A stretch of DNA of 64,000 nt from an uncultured Candidatus Saccharibacteria bacterium (GTDB lineage: Bacteria > Patescibacteriota > Minisyncoccia > Portnoybacterales > UBA2143): the NCBI GenBank assembly GCA_964413015.1, contig CAYPQZ010000014.1, positions 459 through 64,458 on the forward strand, written 5' to 3'. The notes under the pieces were generated by a model, which was given only the letters and a program-made list of their open reading frames with translations, ran no database searches and had not been told where the DNA came from. The position numbers and the translations under genes are program-made. Below, piece after piece: positions 9,280-21,839 of the stretch; the stretch's first letter is position 1, and every line of letters begins with the position of its first letter.

Positions 9280-11310
9280 ATGAATAAATCGGAAGCTAAA
9301 AAGAGAGCAACTAAATTAAAAGCGGTTATTAACCAGCACAATTATTGTTACCATGTTCTGGACAAGCCGGAAATTTCCGATGCCGTTTTTGATTCTTTAA
9401 AGCATGAATTGTATGAATTAGAACAGGAATATCCGGATTTAATTACTTCGGATTCGCCGACCCAGCGGGTCAGCGGCCAGGCTCTGGATAAGTTTACTAA
9501 AGTCAAACACAAGAAGAAGATGCTTTCTTTGGAGGATGTTTTTTACCAAGAGGAATTTGAGGCCTGGCAAAAACGGATTCAGAAATTGGTTCCTCATCAA
9601 AAATTTGACTATTTTGCCGAATTGAAAATAGACGGCTTCGCCATTGCCTTGATTTATAAAAATGGGTTTTTGGTCCAAGGAGCCACTCGGGGAGACGGGC
9701 TAATCGGCGAAGATGTTACTCAAAATCTAAAAACCATCCCCTCAATTCCTTTAAAATTGGAAATTCATCAAAAATTGCCTTCTTTGGCAATTGAGAAGAA
9801 GGTCAAACAGCTTCTTAAACAAGGCGAACTCGAGGTGCGCGGCGAGGTCTATATGACCAAACAGGCCTTTGAAAAAGTCAATCGTCAGCGGGAAAAGGAC
9901 AGCTTGCCTCTTTACGCCAATCCGCGCAATACCGCGGCCGGTAGTATTCGACAACTGAATCCTAAAATGGCTGCCTCTCGCCAGCTGGATTTTTTGGTTT
10001 ATGACATTGTTACCAATCTGGGGCAGGCAACTCACCAGCAGGGACATCGGATTGCACAAGCTTTGGGCTTTCGGATTGGCCAAGGACGGTATTGCCCTGA
10101 TTTGAAAAGGGCTATTGATTTTTGGCGAGAAATTGGGCAAACCAGAGACAAGCTTCCTTATTCAATCGATGGTGTAGTGGTTAGTGTTAATAGCAATCGG
10201 ATTTTCAAAAAATTAGGCGTAGTTGGCAAGACGCCTCGCGGGGCGATTGCTTTTAAGTTCCCGGCTAAGGAAGCGACTACCATCATTGAAGACATTATTA
10301 TTCAAGTCGGCCGGACCGGGGCTTTGACCCCAGTAGCTAAACTGAAGCCAATCCGGATTGGCGGCACTCTAGTTACCCGGGCCACCCTGCATAATGAAGA
10401 TGAAATTAAGCGGCTGGATGTTCGGATTGGCGACACGGTAATTGTCCAGCGGGCCGGCGACGTTATTCCGGATGTGGTTAGAACAATCAAGAAACTGCGT
10501 TCTGGCAAAGAAAAGAAATTCCGAATGCCCGAACGCTGTCCGGTTTGCGGCTTTAAAATTGTCCGTCCTAAAAGTGAAGCCGTCCATCGTTGTGCTAACC
10601 AACGATGCGGAGCTCAGCAAAGAAAGCGGCTGATTCATTTTGTTTCTAAAAAAGGATTTAATATTGAGGGGTTGGGTCCAAAAATCATTGAACAGCTTAT
10701 GGACGAAGGGCTTATTGCCGAACCGGCTGATTTTTTCTCTTTGACCCAGGGCGATTTAGCGCCTCTAGAGCGGTTTGCTGATAAATCCGCCCAGAATTTA
10801 ATAGCTGCGATTAACCAGAGCAAGGAAATTACTTTAGCTGATTTTATTTACTCTTTGGGAATTCGCCATGTTGGCGAAGAGACTTCTGTTGTTCTGGCAA
10901 AGCGCTTTGGCAGTTTAGAAAAGTTGCGCCGGGCAGAAACAAAAAAGCTTTCTGAAATTGAAGATGTCGGAGAAGTCATTGCCAAAAGCATTCGAGAGTG
11001 GTTTAATGATAAGAGGAATAAAGAAATTCTCAGCAACCTTCTTAAGGCCGGAGTGAAGATTAAAAAAGTCAAACCGTTTAAGCAAAAGTTAAAAGGCATA
11101 ACTTTTGTTCTGACTGGCGAATTAGGCAGTATTACTCGAGAACAAGCTAAAACAAGAATCAGGCAGTTAGGGGGCAAAGCTTCCGGTTCGATATCTCAAG
11201 AGACAGATTTTGTAGTGGTTGGTAGAGAGCCGGGGTCTAAATATGAAAAAGCCAAGAAACTGGGCGTGAAGATTATTAAAGAAAAGGAATTTTTGAAAAC
11301 AATCAAGTAA
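9280..11310 (+). CDS. ligA: NAD-dependent DNA ligase
   Basis: Adenylation motif KIDGFAIAL (lysine-AMP site), zinc finger CPVCG...C..C, HhH and C-terminal BRCT. Alternative start at 9262. Confidence 0.9.
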   Translation: MNKSEAKKRATKLKAVINQHNYCYHVLDKPEISDAVFDSLKHELYELEQEYPDLITSDSPTQRVSGQALDKFTKVKHKKKMLSLEDVFYQEEFEAWQKRIQKLVPHQKFDYFAELKIDGFAIALIYKNGFLVQGATRGDGLIGEDVTQNLKTIPSIPLKLEIHQKLPSLAIEKKVKQLLKQGELEVRGEVYMTKQAFEKVNRQREKDSLPLYANPRNTAAGSIRQLNPKMAASRQLDFLVYDIVTNLGQATHQQGHRIAQALGFRIGQGRYCPDLKRAIDFWREIGQTRDKLPYSIDGVVVSVNSNRIFKKLGVVGKTPRGAIAFKFPAKEATTIIEDIIIQVGRTGALTPVAKLKPIRIGGTLVTRATLHNEDEIKRLDVRIGDTVIVQRAGDVIPDVVRTIKKLRSGKEKKFRMPERCPVCGFKIVRPKSEAVHRCANQRCGAQQRKRLIHFVSKKGFNIEGLGPKIIEQLMDEGLIAEPADFFSLTQGDLAPLERFADKSAQNLIAAINQSKEITLADFIYSLGIRHVGEETSVVLAKRFGSLEKLRRAETKKLSEIEDVGEVIAKSIREWFNDKRNKEILSNLLKAGVKIKKVKPFKQKLKGITFVLTGELGSITREQAKTRIRQLGGKASGSISQETDFVVVGREPGSKYEKAKKLGVKIIKEKEFLKTIK

Positions 11311-11384
11311 AATTATCAATTATCAATTTTCAATTTTTATTAAATTATCAATTCTTTAATTTTCAAAAATAAGAAATTATATTC

Positions 11385-11663
11385 ATGATTGATGTTGAAC
11401 ATATAGCCAAATTGGCCAGATTAGGCCTGTCTGGCAAGGAAAAGAATAGGCTGAAAAAAGAACTCTCAGCTATTTTAGATTTTGTCAATAAATTAGATGA
11501 AATTAGGACGGATAAAATTGAACCAACAGCCCAAGTAACCGGTCTGAAAAACGTGGTTCGGGAAGATAAAGGTCAGAAAAGAACCGAGCAAGAATCCCAA
11601 AAATTATTAAAGTTAGCTCCGGAAACCAAAGACGGTTATGTAAAAGTTAAAGCGATATTGTGA
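11385..11663 (+). CDS. gatC: Asp-tRNA(Asn)/Glu-tRNA(Gln) amidotransferase subunit C
   Basis: Typical GatC N-terminus IDVEHIAKLARLGLSGKE; immediately followed by gatA. Confidence 0.85.
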   Translation: MIDVEHIAKLARLGLSGKEKNRLKKELSAILDFVNKLDEIRTDKIEPTAQVTGLKNVVREDKGQKRTEQESQKLLKLAPETKDGYVKVKAIL

Positions 11664-11666
11664 TAT

Positions 11667-13082
11667 ATGTCTCTTAATGAATTAACAATTGCTAAAGCTC
11701 ATGACGGTCTTGTGAGTAAAAAATTTTCCGCGGTAGAATTAACAGAGGCGGCCTTAAATCAGATAAGAAAAAAAGACAAAGAGATTCACGCTTTTTTGAC
11801 GGTGACTGAAGGACTGGCTTTAAGGCAAGCCCGGAAAATAGATAAAAAGATTCAAAACAAAGAGCCAATCGGGCCTTTAGCCGGAATTCCTATGGCAGTA
11901 AAAGACATTATTTCGGTTGAAGACGTTGAATGCACCGCTGGTTCCAAAATCTTGGAAAACTATATCGCGCCTTATGACGCCACCGCGGTTAAGCATCTAA
12001 AAAAGAGCGGGGCGGTGATTGTTGGCAAAACCAATCAAGATGAGTTTGGAATGGGTTCATCAGGCGAAAATTCGGCTTTTGGGCCGACCAAAAACCCTTT
12101 TGATTTAGAAAGGGTTGCTGGAGGAAGTTCAAGCGGCTCAGCTGCGGCGATAGCCGCTGAAGAATGTCTCTTTTCTTTAGGAAGCGATACCGGTGGCTCG
12201 GTTCGCTTGCCGGCTTCTTTCTGCGGGCTGACTGGACTAAAACCAACCTATGGCCGGATTTCCCGATATGGATTAATAGCTTTTGCTTCTTCCCTGGACA
12301 CAATTGGTTTAATAGCCAAAACTGCCGGAGATATCCGGGATATTTTTGAAACGGTCAAAGGCAAAGACGAAATGGATTCAACCAGCATGGATTCGCCAAA
12401 TAACAGCGTTTCGGATAAAACATTGGTTAAAGATTTAAAGATTGGCCTGCCTAAAGAGTACTTTGTTGAAGGAATTGATCCGGAAGTGGAAAAAGTAGTT
12501 AGGAAGGCAATTGCTCAATATGAATCTCTGGGGGCTCAAGTCACTGAAGTTAGTTTGCCGCATACCGAATACGCCTTGCCCTGCTATTATATCATCATGC
12601 CGGCAGAAGCCTCGGCTAATTTGTCCCGTTACGACAGTATTAAATACGGCCTTTCAGTTAAAAAAGACAATCTTTTAGAAAGTTATTTTAAAACCCGCCA
12701 ACAGGGTTTTGGCGATGAAGTTAGGCGGCGAATTATGATTGGCACTTATGTTTTGTCAGCTGGCTATTATGACGCCTATTATCTGAAAGCCCAGAAAGTA
12801 AGAACCTTGATTAGACATGACTTTGATAAAGTCTTTGAAAAAGTTGACGTTTTAATGGCGCCAACCTCTCCTTTTACGGCTTTTAAACTAGGAGAAAAAA
12901 CGGATGATCCGATTTCTATGTATCTTTCGGATATCTATACGGCTCCAGCTAGCCTATCCGGCTTGCCGAGTGTTTCGGTTCCTTGCGGGGAAATCGGCAA
13001 ATTGCCGGTCGGCCTGCAAATTATTGGTCAACAGTTTGACGATGAAAAAATTCTCCAAATAGCCGGGGAATATGCCCAGTAA
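11667..13082 (+). CDS. gatA: Glu-tRNA(Gln) amidotransferase subunit A (amidase)
   Basis: Amidase signature GGSSSGSAAAIAA with Ser-cisSer-Lys triad context. Confidence 0.9.
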   Translation: MSLNELTIAKAHDGLVSKKFSAVELTEAALNQIRKKDKEIHAFLTVTEGLALRQARKIDKKIQNKEPIGPLAGIPMAVKDIISVEDVECTAGSKILENYIAPYDATAVKHLKKSGAVIVGKTNQDEFGMGSSGENSAFGPTKNPFDLERVAGGSSSGSAAAIAAEECLFSLGSDTGGSVRLPASFCGLTGLKPTYGRISRYGLIAFASSLDTIGLIAKTAGDIRDIFETVKGKDEMDSTSMDSPNNSVSDKTLVKDLKIGLPKEYFVEGIDPEVEKVVRKAIAQYESLGAQVTEVSLPHTEYALPCYYIIMPAEASANLSRYDSIKYGLSVKKDNLLESYFKTRQQGFGDEVRRRIMIGTYVLSAGYYDAYYLKAQKVRTLIRHDFDKVFEKVDVLMAPTSPFTAFKLGEKTDDPISMYLSDIYTAPASLSGLPSVSVPCGEIGKLPVGLQIIGQQFDDEKILQIAGEYAQ

Positions 13083-13199
13083 TAAAACTTTAATAGATAA
13101 TTTTCAAAGAAAATTATCACAAGATACTGTGCATCAAATAATTTTATATTGGCGACAATTTTGATTCTTTGGTAAAACCATTCTACCGAAATCAAAGTT

Positions 13200-13745
13200 T
13201 TGCTACCAGGCATGAGAACAGCGTTTTATGAAATCCAAGAGTTTTTAACTGATTATTTTGGTTCCGTTGATTGGCAGAATATTATTTTAGCTCTGAAAAT
13301 CATTTCAGTAATTTTTTCCTGTTTGCTTTTAGTTGCCATCGTTTTGTTAATTGCCAGAATCAAAGAAGATTTGGATAGATTTATGGGAACGGTATCGGAG
13401 AGAACCATGGCTGCCGGCTTGCCTGGGAAAAAAATGGACAGCCAATGGCATACAATTTTTGAAAAACTGGAAAGCGATAACGAAAGCGATTATAAATTAG
13501 CGGTAATTGAGGCGGATAAAATTTTAGACGGTCTGTTAAAAGACAGGGGATATTATGGAGAAGATATGGGCGAGCGGCTGAAACAGGCGAATTCTGAAAA
13601 ACTGCCTAATCTTGATGAACTTTGGCAGGCGCATAAAGTTCGCAACCGGATTGCTCATGAAACGGATTTTCAGTTAAATCAATCTCAGGCCAGAAGAGCG
13701 GTTGAAATCTACCGGCGCGCCTTTCAGGACTTAGAACAAATGTAA
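13200..13745 (+). CDS. hypothetical single-pass membrane protein
   Basis: One TM helix (residues ~30-52) and a charged cytoplasmic domain. No recognisable family. Confidence 0.55.
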   Translation: MLPGMRTAFYEIQEFLTDYFGSVDWQNIILALKIISVIFSCLLLVAIVLLIARIKEDLDRFMGTVSERTMAAGLPGKKMDSQWHTIFEKLESDNESDYKLAVIEADKILDGLLKDRGYYGEDMGERLKQANSEKLPNLDELWQAHKVRNRIAHETDFQLNQSQARRAVEIYRRAFQDLEQM

Positions 13746-13761
13746 ATTTCTGAAGCAAAAA

Positions 13762-13787
13762 AACAACCTTTCAAGGCTGTTTTTTTA
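13762..13787 (+). terminator. rho-independent terminator
   Basis: acaacctt-tca-aggctgtt stem followed by a T7 run. Confidence 0.5.
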
Positions 13788-13994
13788 ATTAAGTTTCTGA
13801 CCGGAGCAAAAAGAATGTCCAAGCATCCTTTTGAATTTAAGAAATAAATATTTATAATAAAATACTTGCTTTAGTGTAAAACCGCTTTAGCGAGCTTTTT
13901 ATATTTGAGAACATTTATGTATGACGGAGCCAATCTCGATTTTAATCGGGATAATCTCCCCGCAAATAGTGCGGGGCGCTTTAAACTAATTTGT

Positions 13995-14071
13995 TGGCGG
14001 GAGCGACCGGACTCGAACCGGCAACCTTCTGCGTGACAGGCAGATGCTCTGACCAATTGAGCTACACCCCC
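13995..14071 (-). tRNA. tRNA-Asp (GTC)
   Basis: Cloverleaf on the minus strand: acceptor GGGGGTG/CGCTCCC, anticodon loop CTGTCAC, T-loop TTCGAGT, CCA encoded. Confidence 0.85.
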
Positions 14072-14081
14072 TTATTTTTAG

Positions 14082-14155
<74 letters not shown>

Positions 14156-14261
14156 ACAATTATCTTGTAATTTGTGTGAGTAATTTGTAATTAGGGATAA
14201 ATTTTTACTTTAATACTTTCTTCCTCGCGCTAACTACTAAATACTAACTACCAAATACTCA

Positions 14262-14283
14262 AATTTTTGCGTCAGCAAAAATT
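14262..14283 (-). terminator. hairpin downstream of the minus-strand tRNA (possible terminator)
   Basis: atttttgc-gtca-gcaaaaat perfect 8-bp stem. On the minus strand it is followed by a U-rich tract. Confidence 0.35.
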
Positions 14284-14287
14284 TATG

Positions 14288-14358
14288 TTGCGGGGCCGGG
14301 AGTTGCACCCGGGTCTTGAGGTTATGGGCCTCATGAGATACTACTTCTCCACCCCGCA
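14288..14358 (-). tRNA. atypical tRNA with CAT anticodon (initiator-like?)
   Basis: Acceptor TGCGGGG/CCCCGCA (U1-A72), A11:U24, anticodon stem TGAGG/CCTCA, loop CCCATAA (C33), T-loop TGCAACT. Confidence 0.55.
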
Positions 14359-14449
14359 GTGGTATTATAATTGATAATCTTATTAATGGCAAGCATTTTG
14401 CTCATTTTGTGTCCTTGCTTTGTCTGTTAAAATGGAGTAAAATAAAAAT

Positions 14450-14842
14450 ATGAATCTCTCAATATACTTAACGGGGTTGGTTTTGACTACGTTTTTAGCC
14501 GGAGCCTGTTTAGGGGCGATTCTGATTTATTTCAATCCGAATATGTCAAATTTGCTTGTTTATATTCTTTTCTATTTAAGTTTGTTTATCAGTTCGGCAG
14601 GATTTTTCACCTTATTTGGCTTAGCGGGCAGGTGGTTTTCTCAAAAAAAAATTCTCCGCTCGCGCTCTTCAACCAGCCGGGCGGCGCACCAATTGGAAAC
14701 TTCTTTTCGCCAGGGTCTGCTTTTGGCGGTTATCTTGACCGGAGTTTTGATTTTACAGAGTCAAAGGTCATTAACTTGGTGGTGTCTGGTAATTTTAGTC
14801 GGCTTGTCAGGCCTAGTTGAATACTGGCTAGGTCGAAGATAA
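14450..14842 (+). CDS. hypothetical 4-TM membrane protein
   Basis: Four hydrophobic helices. No recognisable family. Confidence 0.5.
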   Translation: MNLSIYLTGLVLTTFLAGACLGAILIYFNPNMSNLLVYILFYLSLFISSAGFFTLFGLAGRWFSQKKILRSRSSTSRAAHQLETSFRQGLLLAVILTGVLILQSQRSLTWWCLVILVGLSGLVEYWLGRR

Positions 14843-14853
14843 TTTTAATAATT

Positions 14854-15864
14854 ATGCTTAATAAGCTAAAAGAAAATTTTGTAAATGAAATAAAAAAAGC
14901 CAATAATCTAGAAACGCTTGAAAATATTTACAAAAAGTATCTTGGTCGTAAAGGTGAGCTGACCAATATTTTGCGTTCTCTAAAAAGGTTGCCCGAAAAA
15001 GAACGCAAACAAAAAGGCCGGACGGCCAATCAGCTAAAACAAGAAATAGGGGATATTTTAAAACAAAAGAGATGCGAGATACCTGCCCGCAATGCTACGC
15101 ATAGTGTTGCAGGCGGGCGAGACGCGAAACACGAAATACGGAACGGTTGGCTTGACGTGAGCGCTCCGGGCGTTTCTTTGCCCGAAGGGCATTCCCATCC
15201 AATCAGTTTGGTTCAAAAAGAAGTGGAAGACATTTTCCAATCCATGGGGTTTTCAGTGATTGAAGGCCCAGAGGTTGAGACTGAATATTATAACTTTGAC
15301 GCTTTAAATATTCCCAAAAACCATCCAGCCCGGGATTTATGGGACACTTTTTGGCTCAAGGACGTTAATTTGCTGTTACGGACTCATACTTCGCCGATGC
15401 AGGCCCGTTATATGGAGAAACATCAACCGCCTTTGCGAATTATTGTCCCAGGCCGCTGTTTCCGTCATGAAGCAACTGATGCTTCACATGATGTTCAGTT
15501 CTACCAAGTAGAAGGTCTGATGGTCGGCCAGGATATTTCAGTGGTTCATTTTAAAGGAGTCATTGAAGGATTTTTAAAAAGATTTTTTCATCCGGATATT
15601 GAGATGCGTTTAAGGCCGGGCTATTTCCCGTTTACTGAACCCAGCTTTGAGATTGATGCCAGAAGGAAGGGGCAGAAATGGCTGGAGTTGATGGGGGCCG
15701 GTATGGTCCATCAGAATGTTTTTAAAGAAGCCGGCTATCCTTTAAGGAAATGGCAGGGTTTTGCTTTTGGCATGTGTCCAGATAGATTAGCCATGCTTAA
15801 ATACAAAATTGACGATATTCGATTGTTCTATTCAGGCGATTTAAGATTTTTAAAACAGTTTTAA
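14854..15864 (+). CDS. pheS: phenylalanyl-tRNA synthetase alpha subunit
   Basis: Class II motifs (FRHEATDASHDVQFYQVEGL, GAGMVHQNV). Contains an internal GC-rich repeat motif at 15082-15117. Confidence 0.9.
   Translation: MLNKLKENFVNEIKKANNLETLENIYKKYLGRKGELTNILRSLKRLPEKERKQKGRTANQLKQEIGDILKQKRCEIPARNATHSVAGGRDAKHEIRNGWLDVSAPGVSLPEGHSHPISLVQKEVEDIFQSMGFSVIEGPEVETEYYNFDALNIPKNHPARDLWDTFWLKDVNLLLRTHTSPMQARYMEKHQPPLRIIVPGRCFRHEATDASHDVQFYQVEGLMVGQDISVVHFKGVIEGFLKRFFHPDIEMRLRPGYFPFTEPSFEIDARRKGQKWLELMGAGMVHQNVFKEAGYPLRKWQGFAFGMCPDRLAMLKYKIDDIRLFYSGDLRFLKQF
15082..15117. repeat. CCTGCCCGCAATGC..CATAG..GCAGGCGGG motif, copy inside pheS CDS
   Basis: cctgcccgcaatgctacgcatagtgttgcaggcggg. Near-identical to the copy in the 16S leader (54049-54083) and the reverse-complement copy at 20378-20400. 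Confidence 0.6.
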
Positions 15865-15889
15865 TTTTTTAATCTAAGGGGACTATGGC

Positions 15890-16411
15890 ATGAGTAACAA
15901 AGAAGGATTTACTTTAATTGAGCTGTTGGTCGTTATAGCTATTGTCGGTCTTTTGGCCAGTATTGTTTTGGTCAGTTTGAGTAATGCTCGGGAAAAAGCA
16001 AGAGACGCTAAAAGATTATCAGACGTCCATCAAATAATTCTTGCTCTAGAAATGTATTACGATGCTAACGGTCGTTATCCTTCTATCTCCGGCGATGATT
16101 GTTGTAACGGTTGGGACCAAGGGCCATGCGGCACAGACCCATTCATTGGCGCTTTAGAAACAGCTAATTTAGTAAACAAAGTTCCGATTGACCCGAAAGG
16201 TGGTTCTGGCACTAATTGTTATGGATACAATTATTATCGTTATGGAGCCGGTAGCTATGATTGTGATGCTTCACGGAGACCTTTCTATGTCTTGGGGATT
16301 CGCGATATGGAAAACAGCGGCCGACCGCATCCGAATAGCCCTGGCTGGAGTTGCCCTTTACGAAATTGGCAGAATGAATTTGACTGGGTAACCGGCGGAT
16401 TTGAAAAATAG
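15890..16411 (+). CDS. type IV pilin / pseudopilin (prepilin N-terminal methylation domain)
   Basis: Class III signal peptide MSNKEGFTLIELLVVIAIVGLLASIV (G/F cleavage site with Glu+5). Cys/Gly/Tyr-rich C-terminal domain. Confidence 0.85.
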   Translation: MSNKEGFTLIELLVVIAIVGLLASIVLVSLSNAREKARDAKRLSDVHQIILALEMYYDANGRYPSISGDDCCNGWDQGPCGTDPFIGALETANLVNKVPIDPKGGSGTNCYGYNYYRYGAGSYDCDASRRPFYVLGIRDMENSGRPHPNSPGWSCPLRNWQNEFDWVTGGFEK

Positions 16412-16417
16412 AAAAAT

Positions 16418-20298
<3,881 letters not shown>

Positions 20299-20345
20299 CA
20301 AAAAATTTTGTAATTTTTAAATAATTTTTAATGTCTTAATGTTTA
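20299..20345. repeat. partial copy of the AT-rich aaaattttgtaatttttaa repeat
   Basis: gcaaaaaattttgtaatttttaaataatttttaatgtcttaatg resembles the 5' part of the 115-nt repeats at 51345 and 52149. Confidence 0.4.
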
Positions 20346-20377
20346 AAAATTAAGATTTATTTACCCGTTTGCTAAAG

Positions 20378-20400
20378 CTATGTTTTGCATTGCGGGCAGG
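20378..20400. repeat. reverse-complement copy of the CCTGCCCGCAATGC..CATAG motif
   Basis: ctatgttttgcattgcgggcagg, reverse complement cctgcccgcaatgcaaaacatag. Lies in the leader of the secE-nusG-rplK operon. Confidence 0.5.
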
Positions 20401-20437
20401 TAAAATCAAAAATTAGAAATTAAAATTGTTATTCGGA

Positions 20438-20466
20438 TTGACATATATTTAATTAAGATATACTAT
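20438..20466 (+). promoter_or_regulatory. sigma70-like promoter for secE-nusG-rplK
   Basis: TTGACA at 20438-20443 and TATACT/TACTAT about 15-17 nt downstream. Followed by the structured leader ggggtaattaatacccc / cccctaaggggg. Confidence 0.4.
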
Positions 20467-20501
20467 GGGGTAATTAATACCCCTAAGGGGGTTTTTAAGT
20501 A

Positions 20502-20702
20502 ATGAAAATTAGTCAATTGCCTCAAAAAGGAATAACTTTTCTAAAAGAAGTCCGGATTGAATTAAAACGGGTAACTTGGCTTACGCGTCGGGAAACGGTT
20601 AAGCATACTTTAGTAGTGATTGGCTTTTCTCTGGCAGTAGCCGCTTTTCTAGGCGGTCTGGACTTTTTGTTCAATTGGCTGTTAGACGAGTTTATTATAT
20701 AA
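20502..20702 (+). CDS. secE: preprotein translocase subunit SecE
   Basis: 66 aa with a single C-terminal TM helix (KEVRIELKRVTW...) and the conserved position upstream of nusG. Confidence 0.8.
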   Translation: MKISQLPQKGITFLKEVRIELKRVTWLTRRETVKHTLVVIGFSLAVAAFLGGLDFLFNWLLDEFII

Positions 20703-20705
20703 ATC

Positions 20706-21248
20706 ATGCCTAAACAGATACAACAGGGAAAAAATTGGTACGTCCTTCATACCTATTCTAATTACGAAGAAGCTGTGGCCAGGAATCTGAAACAGCGGAT
20801 TGAGTCAATGGGCATGGAAGACAAGATTTTTAATGTTTTAATCCCGACCGAGAAGAAAATTAAGATTAAGTCAGGCAAGCGCTACGTGGTTGAAGAAAAA
20901 ATCTATCCCGGCTATGTTTTAGTGGAAATGATTGTGACTGACGATTCTTGGTATGTTGTCAGAAACACTCCTCGGGTGACCGGTTTTATCGGCGCCGGGA
21001 CGATTCCAACGCCCATTTCCAAAGATGAGATTAAATCTTTACAGAAACGAATGGGTGTGGAAGAACCGAAGTACAAGATTGATGTGGTTGTGGGCAATGC
21101 AGTTAAGATTATTGACGGGCCGTTTAAGGACTATGACGGCAAAATTTCTGAAGTTGACGAGAAGCGCGGTAAAATCAAAGTGCTAGTTTCAATGTTCGGC
21201 CGGGAAACGCCGGTTGAATTAGATTTTTTACAAGTGAAGAAAATATAA
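20706..21248 (+). CDS. nusG: transcription termination/antitermination factor NusG
   Basis: NGN domain ([11 protein letters not shown]) plus C-terminal KOW domain ([18 protein letters not shown]). Confidence 0.9.
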   Translation: MPKQIQQGKNWYVLHTYSNYEEAVARNLKQRIESMGMEDKIFNVLIPTEKKIKIKSGKRYVVEEKIYPGYVLVEMIVTDDSWYVVRNTPRVTGFIGAGTIPTPISKDEIKSLQKRMGVEEPKYKIDVVVGNAVKIIDGPFKDYDGKISEVDEKRGKIKVLVSMFGRETPVELDFLQVKKI

Positions 21249-21250
21249 AC

Positions 21251-21673
21251 ATGGCTAAGGAAATTAAAACAATTATAAAGCTTCAGATTCAGGCCGGGCA
21301 GGCTAATCCGGCGCCGCCGGTTGGTCCGGCTTTGGGCCAACACGGCTTGAACATCCAGGACTTCTGCACTAAGTTTAATGAAGCTACCAAAGAGATGCCC
21401 GGCGATGTGATTCCGGTGGAAATTACGGTTTACGAAGACCGGACTTTTAGCTTTAAATTGAAAACGCCGCCGGCTTCTGATTTGTTAAAAAAAGCGGCCG
21501 GTTTAGAAAAGGGCTCCGGGGATCCATTAAAAAACAAAGTGGGCAAAGTGACTAAAGAGCAGATTCGTCAAATTGCCGAGAAGAAAATGCCTGATCTGAA
21601 TGCCTACAATTTAGAAGAAGCGGAAAAAATCATAGAGGGCACGGCGCGCTCTATGGGGATTGAGGTAAAATAG
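21251..21673 (+). CDS. rplK: 50S ribosomal protein L11
   Basis: [32 protein letters not shown]. Confidence 0.9.
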   Translation: MAKEIKTIIKLQIQAGQANPAPPVGPALGQHGLNIQDFCTKFNEATKEMPGDVIPVEITVYEDRTFSFKLKTPPASDLLKKAAGLEKGSGDPLKNKVGKVTKEQIRQIAEKKMPDLNAYNLEEAEKIIEGTARSMGIEVK

Positions 21674-21839
21674 GGATTGAAGTAAAATAAAGTTTATAGG
21701 AGGGACAGAAAATAATCTGTCCTTTTAAGTTCATTTAAAATTAAGAAAGGAGATGATAGCTGTGGAAAGATTAACCTCGCACCAGGAAAAATTCGTTGCG
21801 GGGCTTTATTTTTCCCTTTTTTTAGAGTAGGATAAAAAT

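Noticed and set aside
11311-11384. Repeated AATTATCAATT / TTATCAATT units in the ligA-gatC spacer, considered as a DnaA-box cluster (oriC)
   Set aside because: The units differ from the TTATCCACA consensus at two or three positions. There is no dnaA/dnaN context, the spacer is only ~70 nt, and it is more simply an AT-rich promoter region for gatCAB.
13871-14056. 61-aa minus-strand ORF in the six-frame track
   Set aside because: Overlaps tRNA-Asp and tRNA-Met on the same strand; spurious.
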